From: a virus
Lineage: Duplodnaviria; Caudoviricetes
DNA: 39,280 bases
IMG/VR virus record: IMGVR_UViG_3300016722_000141
Coordinates: 1-39,280 of that record
Reading direction: 5' to 3' (one strand)
Shown here: in pieces, positions 7,628 to 15,791 of the stretch
How the letters are laid out: each line of letters starts with the position of its first letter
How positions within the stretch are numbered: the first letter of the stretch is position 1
The notes under the pieces: model-generated
Seen by the model: only the letters and a program-made list of their open reading frames with translations
Databases searched by the model: none
Told to the model about the DNA's origin: nothing
Position numbers and translations under genes: made by a program

Positions 7628-8370
7628 AAATATCCGTTACAAGATTTATCCGTCTCTGCTGGATGCCTTTCAAAATTATCTCGACAGCGAGAAAAATTGG
7701 GAGACGTTCTACGGTGGACGCGACGATCCCAAAGATGTCGGTTGGCGAATATGAAAGGACAGCGATGCAAGAGCTGATAGACCATATAAACCGTGTGCCT
7801 TTCGAGAGTGAGGCAGCCGACAAGGGCACAGCTTTCAATGAAGTGGTGGATAGTATCATAGAAAAAAGGGAAAGCGAAAAGATAGAGATCATTACCATGC
7901 AGGACAAAGGAATAATAACAGCCACTTATAAAGGCAACCGCTATGTCTTTCCCCTCTCCCTTTGCAATGAGTTTGCCGACTATTATGCAGGAGCCCTGAC
8001 ACAAAAGTTCGTCCAAGCCGTTCTACCCACCTCTTACGGGAATGTTCTTCTATATGGTTATATTGATGAATTGATGCCCCTGTCGGTGCACGACATCAAG
8101 ACTACAAAAAGTTATAAGGCTTACAAATTCCGCTCGCACTGGCAACACTACGTTTATCCCTATTGCCTGCTGTGTTCGGGCAATGACATACACCTTTTCG
8201 AATACAACGTCACCAACTTCAAGGATACCTATACTGAAACATATGTGTTCAAAGAAGAGCGCGATATTCCCATTTTGAGAAATCACACGGAACGGTTTAT
8301 CGAATTTCTGGAAGCGAACAAGAGTTTAATAACAGATAAAAAGGTTTTCGGAGGAGAAAAAGATGGCTAA
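7611..8370 (+). pseudogene. PD-(D/E)XK exonuclease split by a +1 frameshift near 7731
   Basis: N-part 7611-7754 (MNPQPENIRYKIYPSLLDAFQNYLDSEKNW...DDPK) joins the 7663-8370 frame at KMSVGEY; catalytic GYIDEL...DIKTT. Confidence 0.75.
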
Positions 8371-8851
8371 TCAAATAACAGGAAAAATAGAAAAGATCGG
8401 GGCGGTTCAGGTACTGCATTCCAAAGACGGGAGCAAGACATTCCAAAAGCGTGAAATCATACTTGACGCAACCCGTTATGATCCTTATACCGGAGAAAGG
8501 GGATTTGAAAATTATCCGTCTTTCGAATTCGGTGGTGAAAGATGTGCGGAACTGGATAAATTCAAACCGGGACAAGTGGTTACCGTTTCATTCGATGTAT
8601 TCGGAATGAAGTATGAGGATAAGACGACGCATGAAACGAAATACTTCACCAAGGTGCGCGGCTACCGCATTGAATCAAGGCAGGTATATGCTCCAAGTGG
8701 ACAATCGAACGTTTCTACGCAACAGGTACCTTCAGAGCCGCCGACTTCCTCTCGGCAGGAGAAGCAAACGACAGACAATTATGTCCCCTTTCCGCCACCT
8801 GTCGACAAAGACGGCATACCGTTAGGCAGGACGGACGATCTACCTTTTTAG
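8363..8851 (+). CDS. Single-stranded DNA-binding protein (DUF3127-like)
   Basis: OB-fold-like N-terminus, low-complexity linker, acidic tail DDLPF. Confidence 0.85.
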   Translation: MANQITGKIEKIGAVQVLHSKDGSKTFQKREIILDATRYDPYTGERGFENYPSFEFGGERCAELDKFKPGQVVTVSFDVFGMKYEDKTTHETKYFTKVRGYRIESRQVYAPSGQSNVSTQQVPSEPPTSSRQEKQTTDNYVPFPPPVDKDGIPLGRTDDLPF

Positions 8852-8854
8852 GCC

Positions 8855-9292
8855 ATGCTTTACGACACTTCAAACCCGCTTGACAAAGCCAATTTCATAC
8901 TTCGGTGCAAGAAGTTGGCCGAAAGCGGAAAGGTTGTGGAACTGAAGGAAAAGAAACCCAAAAGGAGCCTGCCACAGAACAGCTACTTGCACCTGATACT
9001 GGGCTACTTCGCCGCAAAAAGCGGTAATACGCTTGAATATGTCAAACTCTACTATTTTAAATGTCTGTGCAACAAGGAGCTTTTTGTAAGACAGAAAAGA
9101 GATAAATATATGGGTGACACATGGACGGTAAGAAGTTCGACAGATCTGGATACCGGTGAAATGACAACGGCTATCGAAAGGTTCCGTAATTGGTCGGCGA
9201 ATGAAGCGGATATTTATCTACCATCACCGGAAAATGAAAGGATGCTCGAGATGGCTGAAATAGAAATTGAGAAAAAGAAAAATTATATCTGA
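8855..9292 (+). CDS. NinB-like recombination protein
   Basis: KRSLPQNSYLH, RSSTDLDTGEM and YLPSP motifs. Confidence 0.6.
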   Translation: MLYDTSNPLDKANFILRCKKLAESGKVVELKEKKPKRSLPQNSYLHLILGYFAAKSGNTLEYVKLYYFKCLCNKELFVRQKRDKYMGDTWTVRSSTDLDTGEMTTAIERFRNWSANEADIYLPSPENERMLEMAEIEIEKKKNYI

Positions 9293-9313
9293 AAATTTTA
9301 AAATAAAACAATC

Positions 9314-9766
9314 ATGATGTATAATTGGATGGAATGCAAAGTCCGTTATGAAAAGACATTGGATGACGGAGTTGAAAAATGTGTAACGGAACCCTACCTT
9401 ATGGATGCTTTGAGCTTTACGGAAGCCGAAGCGCGGATGAACGAATACATAAAGCCGTTCATAAGCGGTGAATTTTCGGTAACGGCTATTAAAATTCAAA
9501 ACTATGATGAAGTGTTTGGGTTAGAGAACAGTGATCAAGGGGACAAATGGTACCACTGCCGGTTGGCTTATCTCTTATTGGATGAATCGGGAAATGAAAA
9601 GAAAAGCAAGCATGATATGCTCGTTCGGGCAAATAACATCGACGATGCTAAAAAATATTTGGACGAAGGAATGAAGGGAACAATGGTTGACTATACCGTT
9701 GAAAAAATTATCGAAACACAACTCATGGATGTGGTTCCTTATCATCCGGAGAAGAAGAATAATTAA
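9314..9766 (+). CDS. DUF4494-like protein
   Basis: WMECKVRYEKT...EPYLMDALSFTEAEAR signature. Confidence 0.8.
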   Translation: MMYNWMECKVRYEKTLDDGVEKCVTEPYLMDALSFTEAEARMNEYIKPFISGEFSVTAIKIQNYDEVFGLENSDQGDKWYHCRLAYLLLDESGNEKKSKHDMLVRANNIDDAKKYLDEGMKGTMVDYTVEKIIETQLMDVVPYHPEKKNN

Positions 9767-9867
9767 TAAAAATAGCAATGACAAAAAAACGGGTTAAAAA
9801 GCATACCGCCACAAACAAAAGTAAGGGCGGTAAAATTGATGTCAAAAAAGCATCTATCAATGGAAAG

Positions 9868-10137
9868 TTATTTATTAAGTTCTCCAAGCACAGCTATCCT
9901 ATTGTAAAAATCAACATGACCACAATTTTTACACGTAATAGCTAAAAGTGGAGTATATGTGATATTAGACATATCAACAGATAGATTCTCATGATCTCTA
10001 TCAAACGAAATTAACTGATATTCATTGTCTAATACCTCAAAATCGGTGCTTCTACAAATAGGGCATTTAATTTCAATGTCTTGAATTGTTTTGATTTTAC
10101 TTTTAAATAAGTCGGATTGTTCTTTTGTAAGTTTCAT
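9868..10137 (-). CDS. Zinc-ribbon protein, inverted moron
   Basis: CPIC and CKNCG motifs; AT-rich; own -7 box TATTTTTG on the minus strand at 10165-10172. Confidence 0.75.
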   Translation of the reverse strand: MKLTKEQSDLFKSKIKTIQDIEIKCPICRSTDFEVLDNEYQLISFDRDHENLSVDMSNITYTPLLAITCKNCGHVDFYNRIAVLGELNK

Positions 10138-10382
10138 GAAAATAAATTTTAAAATTAGTCATAACAAAAATATAGAATAATGCAATAAGGTGTATTTCAT
10201 TTTATCATAAACTTTAAAATTAGTCACTTTAATTTATAGAAGTACACCCTAGAATAATTAACTGAAATACATAAATGCCGCCACAAAGGATGGCGTGAGG
10301 TTGTGAAGCCCTCTAAGGTATCATACAAAAAGAGAAGTTGAAGTTTTAATATCGTAGTCCTTCCACAAACGGAAGGACGAAC

Positions 10383-10466
10383 GGGGATATAGCTCAGCAG
10401 GTAGAGCAGGAAAGATAGCTGCAAAGGTTTGATCTATAGTCAAGGGTTCGATTCCCCTTATCCCCA
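10383..10466 (+). tRNA. tRNA-like gene or pseudo-tRNA (possibly Cys-derived) with aberrant anticodon arm
   Basis: Acceptor GGGGATA/TATCCCC, D-arm GCTC-AGCAGGTA-GAGC, T-loop GGTTCGATTCC; contains CTGCAAA but its flanks do not form a 5-bp stem. Confidence 0.7.
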
Positions 10467-10491
10467 CAAGTGATAAATAAAATTCAGAAAA

Positions 10492-10893
10492 ATGGATTAT
10501 AAAGAATTTATTAAAAATCAAGCGACCTCCCGAAAGAAACCATCGGACAAAGAACACCGGTTGCAATGTGCTTGTGTACGTTGGTTCCGATATGCCTATC
10601 CAAAGCTGGAAGAGGTCTTGTTTGCCATACCGAATGGTGGCAGACGTGATGCCGTGACAGGAGCACGGCTGAAAGAGGAAGGCGCTATGGCAGGCGTCTC
10701 AGATCTTATACTTTTAAAAAGTAGTGGTACATACGGAGCTTTGTGCGTGGAGATGAAAACGCCAAAGGGTAATCAATCACCCGCACAAAAAGAATGGCAG
10801 AACGAGGTTGAAAATACCGGAAACAAATACGTAGTATGCCGTTCGTTCGAAGAATTCAAAAGAGAAATAACAGAATACATTAAAAATGTTTGA
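10492..10893 (+). CDS. VRR-NUC domain nuclease
   Basis: EHRLQ, FAIPNGG, GVSDL, VEMK, QSPAQKEW motifs. Confidence 0.9.
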   Translation: MDYKEFIKNQATSRKKPSDKEHRLQCACVRWFRYAYPKLEEVLFAIPNGGRRDAVTGARLKEEGAMAGVSDLILLKSSGTYGALCVEMKTPKGNQSPAQKEWQNEVENTGNKYVVCRSFEEFKREITEYIKNV

Positions 10894-11009
10894 ATAGCAT
10901 ATGAAAATCAAAAATAAATCTGAAACGGGGTTCTTTTTATATATACTACATAATATTTTTATCAGTAAATTCTATTGTACGATAATATTTAAAAACAGTT
11001 ACAAATAAC

Positions 11010-11510
11010 ATGATCAACAATTTTATACCTATAAGCCGGCGACTATTTGAGCACCGTTTTTGGTGCGAAGAGCGCATATTTTCGCGATTCGAAGCATGGC
11101 TCGACATATTACAGTCGACACGATTTGAGGACACGGCCCTTTTTACAGGGAACAGGCAGGTAGAAATTAAAAGAGGTCAGATGCCTGTCTCTCTTCGCTA
11201 CTTATCCGAGCGTTGGAAATGGTCGATAAAAAAAGTAAGAAACTTCATGGCAATGCTTGAAAGTGAAGGGATGATAACGAGAAGCATACAAAAAGGCAAA
11301 GGTCAAGCACTAATAACAGTTTGCAATTACAATAAGTATAATGATGTGGGGCAAATAAAAGGCACGCCAAAGGGCAACGAAAGGGCACACTTAACTAATT
11401 GTAATTGTGATGCATACAGCGATCAGGGGCAAATAAAGGGCATGCTAAAGGGCAATAAAAAGGCACACATGGGGCAAGAAAAGGGCACACTTAACCGATT
11501 GTTTCTGTGA
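11010..11510 (+). CDS. Replication initiator, N-terminal part (frameshifted)
   Basis: FIPISRRL..H..W, EAWLDIL, IKRGQ...SLRYLSERWKWS wHTH, ITVCNYNKY; runs into iteron repeats. Confidence 0.75.
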   Translation: MINNFIPISRRLFEHRFWCEERIFSRFEAWLDILQSTRFEDTALFTGNRQVEIKRGQMPVSLRYLSERWKWSIKKVRNFMAMLESEGMITRSIQKGKGQALITVCNYNKYNDVGQIKGTPKGNERAHLTNCNCDAYSDQGQIKGMLKGNKKAHMGQEKGTLNRLFL

Positions 11511-11590
11511 TGTATACAAAGATGAAGGGCAAGAAAAGGGCACGCTAAAGGGCAACGAAAGGGCACACATGGGGCACACCTTGGGCACAA
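11348..11590. repeat. Iteron-like AAAGGGCA repeats with a 100-bp tandem duplication; putative origin
   Basis: AAGGGCACACTTAAC at 11381 and 11481; GGGGCA at 11471 and 11571; many short (A)AAGGGCA units; A-rich tract follows. Confidence 0.85.
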
Positions 11591-12093
11591 ATAATAATAA
11601 AGATAAAGAAAGTATAGAAAGAAAAGAAAATAAAGAATTATCCCCGTATACTTCGTATACTCCCCCTACAAAGGGGGCGTCGATAAACTCCCGGGCAAGA
11701 GAAGTTTTTGAAAAATGCTTTAGGGATACTTTCGGAAACGAATACTACTGGACCGGCAAAGATGCCGGAGCCATGTCCAGTCTGCTTAAAAAGCTCAGTT
11801 ATTCCCGTTCAAAAAAGAATCTGACCAATGATGATGATTCGCTTCTATACGCCTTGAACGTGTTTCTCTCGTCGATAAAAGACGGGTGGATATTTGAAAA
11901 TTTCAGCGTGACAAACATCAATTCAAAGTTTAACGAAATTATTTCTCAAATTTATGGAAAACCAATTGTTAAAACAAAATACCAATCAGCTGCAGAAAAG
12001 GCAGCAAGCCGTGAACACCTTGAAAAACTGGCCGATGAAATATTGGCAAACGATCAATCCTGTGAGCATAAAGGACGTTTTCCATTCGCCTGA
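11569..12093 (+). CDS. Replication initiator, C-terminal part
   Basis: Frame is open upstream through the second repeat (HLTDCFCDVY), +1 relative to the 11010 ORF. Confidence 0.65.
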   Translation: MGHTLGTNNNKDKESIERKENKELSPYTSYTPPTKGASINSRAREVFEKCFRDTFGNEYYWTGKDAGAMSSLLKKLSYSRSKKNLTNDDDSLLYALNVFLSSIKDGWIFENFSVTNINSKFNEIISQIYGKPIVKTKYQSAAEKAASREHLEKLADEILANDQSCEHKGRFPFA

Positions 12094-12547
12094 GATTACG
12101 ATAGGTGAATTGAAAAGGGAAAAAGGCTCTGCATGGGTACTGGCCATAATGGTGAAAATTTTAAATTCTTTCATCCAAGCCTATTCTACGGCAAACACGA
12201 TGAATGAAATACAAGTGGCCGATACGATCAGCCTGATCATGGAAGAATATCCGTATTACACTCTTGAAGACTTCAAGGTCTTTTTCAAAATGGCGAAGAA
12301 GGGTTATTTCGGTGAGTCATACGGACGTATCGACGGGCCTATAATATTGAATTGGATGCGCCGATATGATATGTGTCGTGTTCAGGAAGCGGAAGAGATG
12401 AGTATCGAAGAATGCAACAGTTATAAAGGACTGCCTTCCACCAAAAAGATGGAAGGGTGCATTACATACGTTGAATATCAAACGCTAAAGAAGAAAGCTA
12501 GTAATGCCGACAAAGAGGATATTGGACTTTTAAAAACACCTGCATGA
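11954..12547 (+). CDS. Hypothetical replication-module protein (possible helicase loader/inhibitor)
   Basis: Position after the initiator; FFKMAKKGYFGESYGRIDG motif. Confidence 0.6.
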   Translation: MENQLLKQNTNQLQKRQQAVNTLKNWPMKYWQTINPVSIKDVFHSPEITIGELKREKGSAWVLAIMVKILNSFIQAYSTANTMNEIQVADTISLIMEEYPYYTLEDFKVFFKMAKKGYFGESYGRIDGPIILNWMRRYDMCRVQEAEEMSIEECNSYKGLPSTKKMEGCITYVEYQTLKKKASNADKEDIGLLKTPA

Positions 12548-12747
12548 AAATGATGAATACGTTGGAACTTATTGAGAAATTGCAACTGGAAAGAATATCC
12601 AAGCATATAGAGCCTTCACATGTACCCTATCTGGATTTACAAAGAGCTGTAATGGGAGAGCTTAAAAATGATTTGAACATTCTCTATCGTCAACGAAAAA
12701 TTGACGTGGTGGAGACCATTAACGGAAAAGCTGTAAAAGCGAAATGA
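12544..12747 (+). CDS. Hypothetical protein
   Basis: ATGA overlap with the upstream gene. Confidence 0.65.
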   Translation: MKMMNTLELIEKLQLERISKHIEPSHVPYLDLQRAVMGELKNDLNILYRQRKIDVVETINGKAVKAK

Positions 12748-13034
12748 GACATAAGGACAATAAAGTTGAATATGTATAAAAGTAGTATAATCTTTTTCTC
12801 TACATTATGTAAATAAAATACATTTTCAGTATAAACACAAGCTTATGAATAGAATGTCCCAACGAATAGAGGGATATATTCTAAAGCCTTTTTCAGAGAA
12901 ATAGATTATTATCGTTTATAAAAAACACCGACAAGATGGAATGGTTTTTGTAAATCAAATATAACAAGCATTGATTAAAAAGATTATATACATGATCTTC
13001 TTAAATCACTGAAAAACAATAAAGGAAAAAATAT

Positions 13035-13235
13035 ATGTACATGGTATTACATAATGTCACAAAAGATGATCCAACTCAAAACGGATCTCAAACTCAAAAG
13101 TCCATTAGCAAGGAAAATGAGAGAGAACAGAAACTTGTTCCATTAAAACTTACAGAAAAGACGATTATACTCGTCAAGCCTAAAAACTGCAATGAAGAAT
13201 ACAGGAAGAAAGCAATGGAAAAATTAGGGCTATAA
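13035..13235 (+). CDS. Hypothetical protein
   Basis: 66-aa ORF in operon orientation. Confidence 0.55.
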   Translation: MYMVLHNVTKDDPTQNGSQTQKSISKENEREQKLVPLKLTEKTIILVKPKNCNEEYRKKAMEKLGL

Positions 13236-13250
13236 ACGGGGAATAACGTG

Positions 13251-13415
13251 ATGACATATCAAATAACGAAATATGAGTGCAAGGATGCAAACAAGATCAT
13301 TGCTTCCGTTCCATGCTGCATAATAGCAAACGATATTGAAGAATTCAGGAAAGATGTTCACGCACAAATAGAATGTGAGAAAGTAATCCTCACTTACAAT
13401 GAAATAGAGGATTAA
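13251..13415 (+). CDS. Hypothetical protein (54 aa; below ORF-track cutoff)
   Basis: MTYQITKYECKDANKIIASVPCCIIANDIEEFRKDVHAQIECEKVILTYNEIED. Confidence 0.55.
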   Translation: MTYQITKYECKDANKIIASVPCCIIANDIEEFRKDVHAQIECEKVILTYNEIED

Positions 13416-13477
13416 TGACGCGTTGCCAAAAGATTCAATCGGTATATATTATTCGTTTATTTATTAAATCAATGTTA

Positions 13478-13545
13478 ATAGTAACAAAATAGTTACTATA
13501 ATTTGCCTGATAATTTGGTAAACAGTAACAATATAGTTACTTTTG
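13478..13545 (+). promoter_or_regulatory. hicAB promoter with two palindromic operators
   Basis: ATAGTAAC-N6-GTTACTAT (13478-13499) and AGTAAC-N6-GTTACT (13524-13541); TTTG (13514), 20 nt, TACTTTTG (13538). Confidence 0.8.
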
Positions 13546-13568
13546 CATTACAAAAGTTCTTTGATGTA

Positions 13569-13751
13569 ATGAAAACCTCTGAATTGACAAAGATGCTCAG
13601 TGCAAAAGGTTGCTATTTCCTTAGTCATGGTGGCAGACATGATAACTGGTATAGTCCTATAACAGGAAAGACGTTTCAGGTACCACGCCATCAAAGCCAA
13701 GAAATACCCAAAGGCACTCAAAGGCAAATAGAGAAAAGAGCAGGAATATAA
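13569..13751 (+). CDS. hicA: HicA family toxin
   Basis: 60 aa; HGGRHD, VPRH..EIPKGT motifs. Confidence 0.93.
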   Translation: MKTSELTKMLSAKGCYFLSHGGRHDNWYSPITGKTFQVPRHQSQEIPKGTQRQIEKRAGI

Positions 13752-13815
13752 AGTTCCTCTCTTTCTCTTTTCAGATCTCATTATTGATAAGAACTTTGTT
13801 TAAAACAATACTATT

Positions 13816-14223
13816 ATGAAGATAAATGCTATCATTGAGAAAGGAAACGACGGCTATTATTCGATCTATACGGAATCGGAAATAGAGACACATGGAATCG
13901 GCGGCTTCGGTGAAAGTGTAGAGGTCGCAAAGAAAGATTTTGTGGAAAGCATAGAAGAAGCTAAGGAAATGGTTAAGAAAGAACAAGGATCTTTGCCACT
14001 TCAATATGAATTGATACAGATCGATTTCAAATATGATCTTGAATCTTTCTTTAATTACTTCGATTGGATAAACGTTAGCAAGTTTGCAACTGCCGCAGGT
14101 ATTAATGAATCTAAAATGAGACAATACAAAAGCGGACTCGCATTTGCCAGCGAAAAGACAACTACAAAAATATTAAATACAATCAAAAAACTTGGTGCTG
14201 AACTAAGCACCGCTTCTTTATAA
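13816..14223 (+). CDS. hicB: HicB family antitoxin with C-terminal HTH
   Basis: IIEKGNDGYYS...GFGESVEVAK; HTH INVSKFATAAGINESKMRQYKSG; follows hicA. Confidence 0.9.
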   Translation: MKINAIIEKGNDGYYSIYTESEIETHGIGGFGESVEVAKKDFVESIEEAKEMVKKEQGSLPLQYELIQIDFKYDLESFFNYFDWINVSKFATAAGINESKMRQYKSGLAFASEKTTTKILNTIKKLGAELSTASL

Positions 14224-14263
14224 TCTCGGTATCAAATAGTTTATATCATAGAATTTTGTAAGC

Positions 14264-14295
14264 AAGTCGTGGGAATAAATTTCACGGCTTTTTTT
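14264..14295 (+). terminator. Intrinsic terminator after hicB
   Basis: AAGTCGTGGGA/TTTCACGGCTT hairpin plus T-run. Confidence 0.75.
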
Positions 14296-14402
14296 ATTTT
14301 AAAATTCAATTTTATATTTAAATAATTGATTTATTTATAAGTATTTATATACTTTTATTAAAGTAATTGTTTATATTTGTAATAACTAAACACAATACTG
14401 AA

Positions 14403-14633
14403 ATGAGCAGTAAGAGAATCTCCATACGTGTGGATGAACATACTTTGATGATGCTCGATGAACTATCGGAGAGAACCTGCAAGAACATGTCCCTGCTCGT
14501 GCGCTCACTGATAAAGAGAGAGCTTGATACACTCATTGACAAGTACGGTTATTTTAAAGATGAGAAGCATAAAGAAGGGAGCGGCGGACAACCACGTGAT
14601 GGAAGTCCTAGCCGGAAACTACGACAAACTTAA
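14403..14633 (+). CDS. Ribbon-helix-helix (CopG/Arc-like) protein
   Basis: KRISIRVDE...LDELSE...MSLLVRSLI; -7 box TATATTTG at 14372. Confidence 0.7.
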   Translation: MSSKRISIRVDEHTLMMLDELSERTCKNMSLLVRSLIKRELDTLIDKYGYFKDEKHKEGSGGQPRDGSPSRKLRQT

Positions 14634-14886
14634 ACAACTATGCGGATATAAGAAATCCGGATTATATTGTTCCAAGTCCTATGAAGACATCTTTGAAGAT
14701 ACGATCTTATTTGTGGCACAGGACACAAAGGCTGCATCCCTGAAGAGTGACAAAGAAATAATCGATTATTTCCGCTATCGTTACAGGATGATACAGTTTC
14801 AAACGATAAACGATGACAAACAGCTGAAAGAGATTCATTATGCCGACTATCTACAAGCCAAAGAGAAGACAAGAGAGAACAGGTGA
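14560..14886 (+). CDS. Hypothetical protein, possible late-transcription regulator (weak sigma region-2 resemblance)
   Basis: NYDKLKQLC...YEDIFEDTILFV; located just before the packaging genes. Confidence 0.45.
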   Translation: MRSIKKGAADNHVMEVLAGNYDKLKQLCGYKKSGLYCSKSYEDIFEDTILFVAQDTKAASLKSDKEIIDYFRYRYRMIQFQTINDDKQLKEIHYADYLQAKEKTRENR

Positions 14887-15151
14887 CAACTACTACATGG
14901 AACGTCGCAGAATCTATAACTCGGAACGTTGGCAAAGACTGCGGGCATGGAAGCTAGCTAATAACCCGCTATGCGAGATGTGTTTGAAGAAAGGCATCAT
15001 AACACCCACTGAGGATATACACCATATCGTAAGCTTCATGACTGCAACGGACAGACAGGAAAGATACCGTCTTGCCTATGACATGGGCAACCTCATGAGC
15101 CTATGCAAGAGATGCCACCAAGAGCTGCACAACAAGAAAGACAGGACATAA
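14840..15151 (+). CDS. HNH endonuclease (HK97 gp74-like packaging cofactor)
   Basis: PLCEMC, DIHHI, NLMSLCKRCHQELH; directly upstream of terS. Confidence 0.92.
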   Translation: MPTIYKPKRRQERTGDNYYMERRRIYNSERWQRLRAWKLANNPLCEMCLKKGIITPTEDIHHIVSFMTATDRQERYRLAYDMGNLMSLCKRCHQELHNKKDRT

Positions 15152-15249
15152 AGCTTGCATCAATGACAATCTAAGCAGTAAATCTCCGGCGACTTTCAAC
15201 GTCGCATCACAGCAAAGCTCCCCCATTCCCATATCTATCTACCATCCAG

Positions 15250-15340
15250 TCAGATAGGGGTATGGGGGTCATTTTTTTACGCGTCAAGGCCGCCAAACCT
15301 CGTCAAACCTCGCTTCACACACACGGCACTTTTTCAAAAA
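15250..15340. other. Putative cos / packaging initiation region
   Basis: HNH-terS spacer with G-runs (GGGGTATGGGGGTC), CAAACCTCG direct repeat (15294, 15304) and CACACACACGG. Confidence 0.55.
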
Positions 15341-15365
15341 AGCCAAAATGTTAAAATCGCATTTT

Positions 15366-15385
15366 TGTCGGACATTTCAACGGTT
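15366..15385 (+). promoter_or_regulatory. Late-gene motif copy 1
   Basis: TGTCGGACA-TTTCAAC-GGTT upstream of terS. Confidence 0.7.
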
Positions 15386-15410
15386 TTTATTCAAAAAACT
15401 CGTTTAAATT

Positions 15411-15791
15411 ATGTCAAAACCTACATACTTCAAAGTACCCAAGTGCCTGAAACACAAAGAAGCGAGAAAAGCAATCACCAATCTCGTGAGGAATATGAAC
15501 GAAAAAGGGCTTTTTACCGAAAGCGACGTTCCGAATTTATGCCGTATGGCCATTGCCTACGACATGTATCTCTCTTGCGTGGACATCATCTACAGTGAAG
15601 ATGGCGGAATGACCATGATAAACTTAAAAGGCGAATTGGTAAAGCGTCCCGAAGTGAACATCATGAGGGAAAGCTGGTCACAGTATTTGGAACTCGCAAA
15701 GGAATATGGACTCACCACAAGAAGCAAAGGGCTGATCAAATCCCTTAAATCCGATGACGAAACGAAATCACCGATCGAAAACTTTATTTGA
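15411..15791 (+). CDS. terS: Terminase small subunit (P27 family)
   Basis: KRPEV...ELAKEYGLTTRSK; precedes terL. Confidence 0.88.
   Translation: MSKPTYFKVPKCLKHKEARKAITNLVRNMNEKGLFTESDVPNLCRMAIAYDMYLSCVDIIYSEDGGMTMINLKGELVKRPEVNIMRESWSQYLELAKEYGLTTRSKGLIKSLKSDDETKSPIENFI

Noticed and set aside
9806-10287. CCGCCACAAA 10-bp direct repeat as a target-site duplication around the moron
   Set aside because: No transposase or terminal inverted repeats; better explained by the shared hairpin motif.
11508-11568. Stop-codon reassignment or read-through
   Set aside because: The continuation is in a different frame, and other genes are intact under the standard code.
11348-11590. CRISPR array
   Set aside because: Repeats are degenerate, lack unique spacers, lie inside the initiator gene, and no cas genes are present.
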